NCBI GenBank assembly: GCA_017468435.1
Contig: JAFUIP010000007.1
Location: 33,762-97,761 of the forward strand
DNA from: Bacteroidales bacterium
GTDB taxonomy: Bacteria > Bacteroidota > Bacteroidia > Bacteroidales > UBA1402
DNA length: 64,000 nt
Direction: 5' to 3'
Below the pieces are notes generated by a model. That model ran no database searches. It was not told where the DNA came from and saw only the letters and a list, made by a program, of their open reading frames with translations. A program made the position numbers and the translations under genes. Below, piece after piece: positions 63,166 through 64,000 of this stretch (the first letter of the stretch is position 1; every line of letters starts with the position of its first letter).

Positions 63166-64000
63166 TTATCTGATTGCTTGATAAAGTCTTGCGTATTGTT
63201 GGAACAAATCTCCGTACAACTTGATGATTTCCGGATCCTTGGCGCCCATCTTGCTCAGCAAGTCTTGCAAGGTGTACAATTGATTGTTGGCCAGACGAAG
63301 TCCGGAAGTCCATTTGCTTTGAGGCTGGCTGAACACCCAGTTGAGACATTCTTCGCTGATGGCAACGGCCTCGGCAATCAGAGCGCGGGCTTCTTCGGTC
63401 TTGCCCATCGTGTAGTACGCTTCGATGATTTCCTGATAGCCGGCCAAACCTGCATCAATATAATTGACGGGGAAGATTTCTCTGGGGAAGATTTCTTCGC
63501 AACGTTTGATGGCAGCTTCAGCTTTTTCGAAATTGCCTTCTTGGCAAAGGGCCTTGATAAGCGTACCGAACATCTGACGCTGCGTGCGACACATTCTCAG
63601 GTTGTTTTCGTCCAGATAAACGTTCGGATCCTGGATATTGCCCCAACGGAAATTGTTGCAAAGATTGTCGTACATCTTTTCCGTATCGACAAAGCGAGAA
63701 ACGGGCGCAATCTTATACACCAAACCTTCGTGGATGAAATAACGCTGATAGCTTTGCATCAATGCAGGATCGACGGTGACGGCAAAGTAGAGCGGGCGGT
63801 TCCATTCGCATTCTTCTATGAGTTTGAGCAACATCAGTTCGTGCTTGCCCAAGTAAGATTTTCCGCTAAAGTTGAAGTCCATCTTGTTGACGATGCGATG
63901 GGCATGCTTGCTATCTACGTAGTGGTTGTCGAGCACTTGCTGTTTGTCTATGTCTAAATACAGACGGTTGGCGGGAATGTAGTCGATGTCTTCCTGATAA
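63166..64000 (-). CDS. C-terminal part of a large membrane glycosyltransferase-like protein (DUF2723/PMT_2-like); 5' end outside the window
   Basis: The frame stays open from 63936 to the window edge. 'NRPLYFAVTVDP' and the TPR-like tail were recalled from DUF2723 proteins. The ORF-track start at 63936 is an internal GTG. Confidence 0.45.
   Translation of the reverse strand, partial: YQEDIDYIPANRLYLDIDKQQVLDNHYVDSKHAHRIVNKMDFNFSGKSYLGKHELMLLKLIEECEWNRPLYFAVTVDPALMQSYQRYFIHEGLVYKIAPVSRFVDTEKMYDNLCNNFRWGNIQDPNVYLDENNLRMCRTQRQMFGTLIKALCQEGNFEKAEAAIKRCEEIFPREIFPVNYIDAGLAGYQEIIEAYYTMGKTEEARALIAEAVAISEECLNWVFSQPQSKWTSGLRLANNQLYTLQDLLSKMGAKDPEIIKLYGDLFQQYARLYQAIR

Noticed and set aside
1-64000. Mobile elements, prophage or integrative-element boundaries (integrase, transposase, long terminal inverted repeats, tRNA-adjacent att duplications).
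   Set aside because: No ORF translation shows integrase, transposase or phage structural motifs. I found no partial duplication of either tRNA 3' end nearby. The accessory-looking genes (Abi, kinase pair) appear as isolated insertions without recognisable mobility genes.

Overview
This window reads as a chromosomal, mostly housekeeping segment of a Bacteroidota genome, Bacteroidales and Prevotella-like. That lineage call is inferred only from gene content and from recurrent TAnnTTTG '-7' promoter boxes 25-50 nt upstream of start codons; no database search was possible. About 60 densely packed genes are supported. They include xseA/xseB, alkaline phosphatase, ispD, recG, tpiA, a POT peptide transporter, pfkA, dnaX, ileS-dksA-lspA, a BamA/TamA-like barrel, the operon rpoN-gcvH-purE-ispG, an MsbA-like ABC exporter, rnhB, purB, rluB, asnS, rnz, purD, metK, greA and a HIT protein. 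There are two tRNAs, tRNA(CAT) (probably Ile2) and tRNA-Val(TAC). I saw no rRNA, CRISPR array, transposase or integrase.

The parts that ordinary annotation does not explain are:
- a ~750 bp non-coding gap between tRNA-Val and purB, filled by two families of tandem repeats whose small hairpins keep pairing through compensatory changes. One family is a multiplied copy of the purB promoter box;
- an AT-richer two-gene module, a tail-anchored non-RD Ser/Thr kinase plus a 192-aa protein, with a G10 tract 10 nt upstream of the kinase start codon;
- a single AT-rich Abi_2-type abortive-infection gene whose whole 5' leader is an intrinsic-terminator-like hairpin;
- a promoter-plus-terminator unit upstream of greA;
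- a tightly coupled five-gene glycosyltransferase operon containing a GT2 fused to an LPS-kinase-like domain;
- several unusual domain fusions: C26 amidotransferase-M19 dipeptidase, HAD-RibF, and RluB with a long N-terminal ERSF/DRPRR repeat.

All product calls rest on motif recognition in the supplied translations, not on searches.
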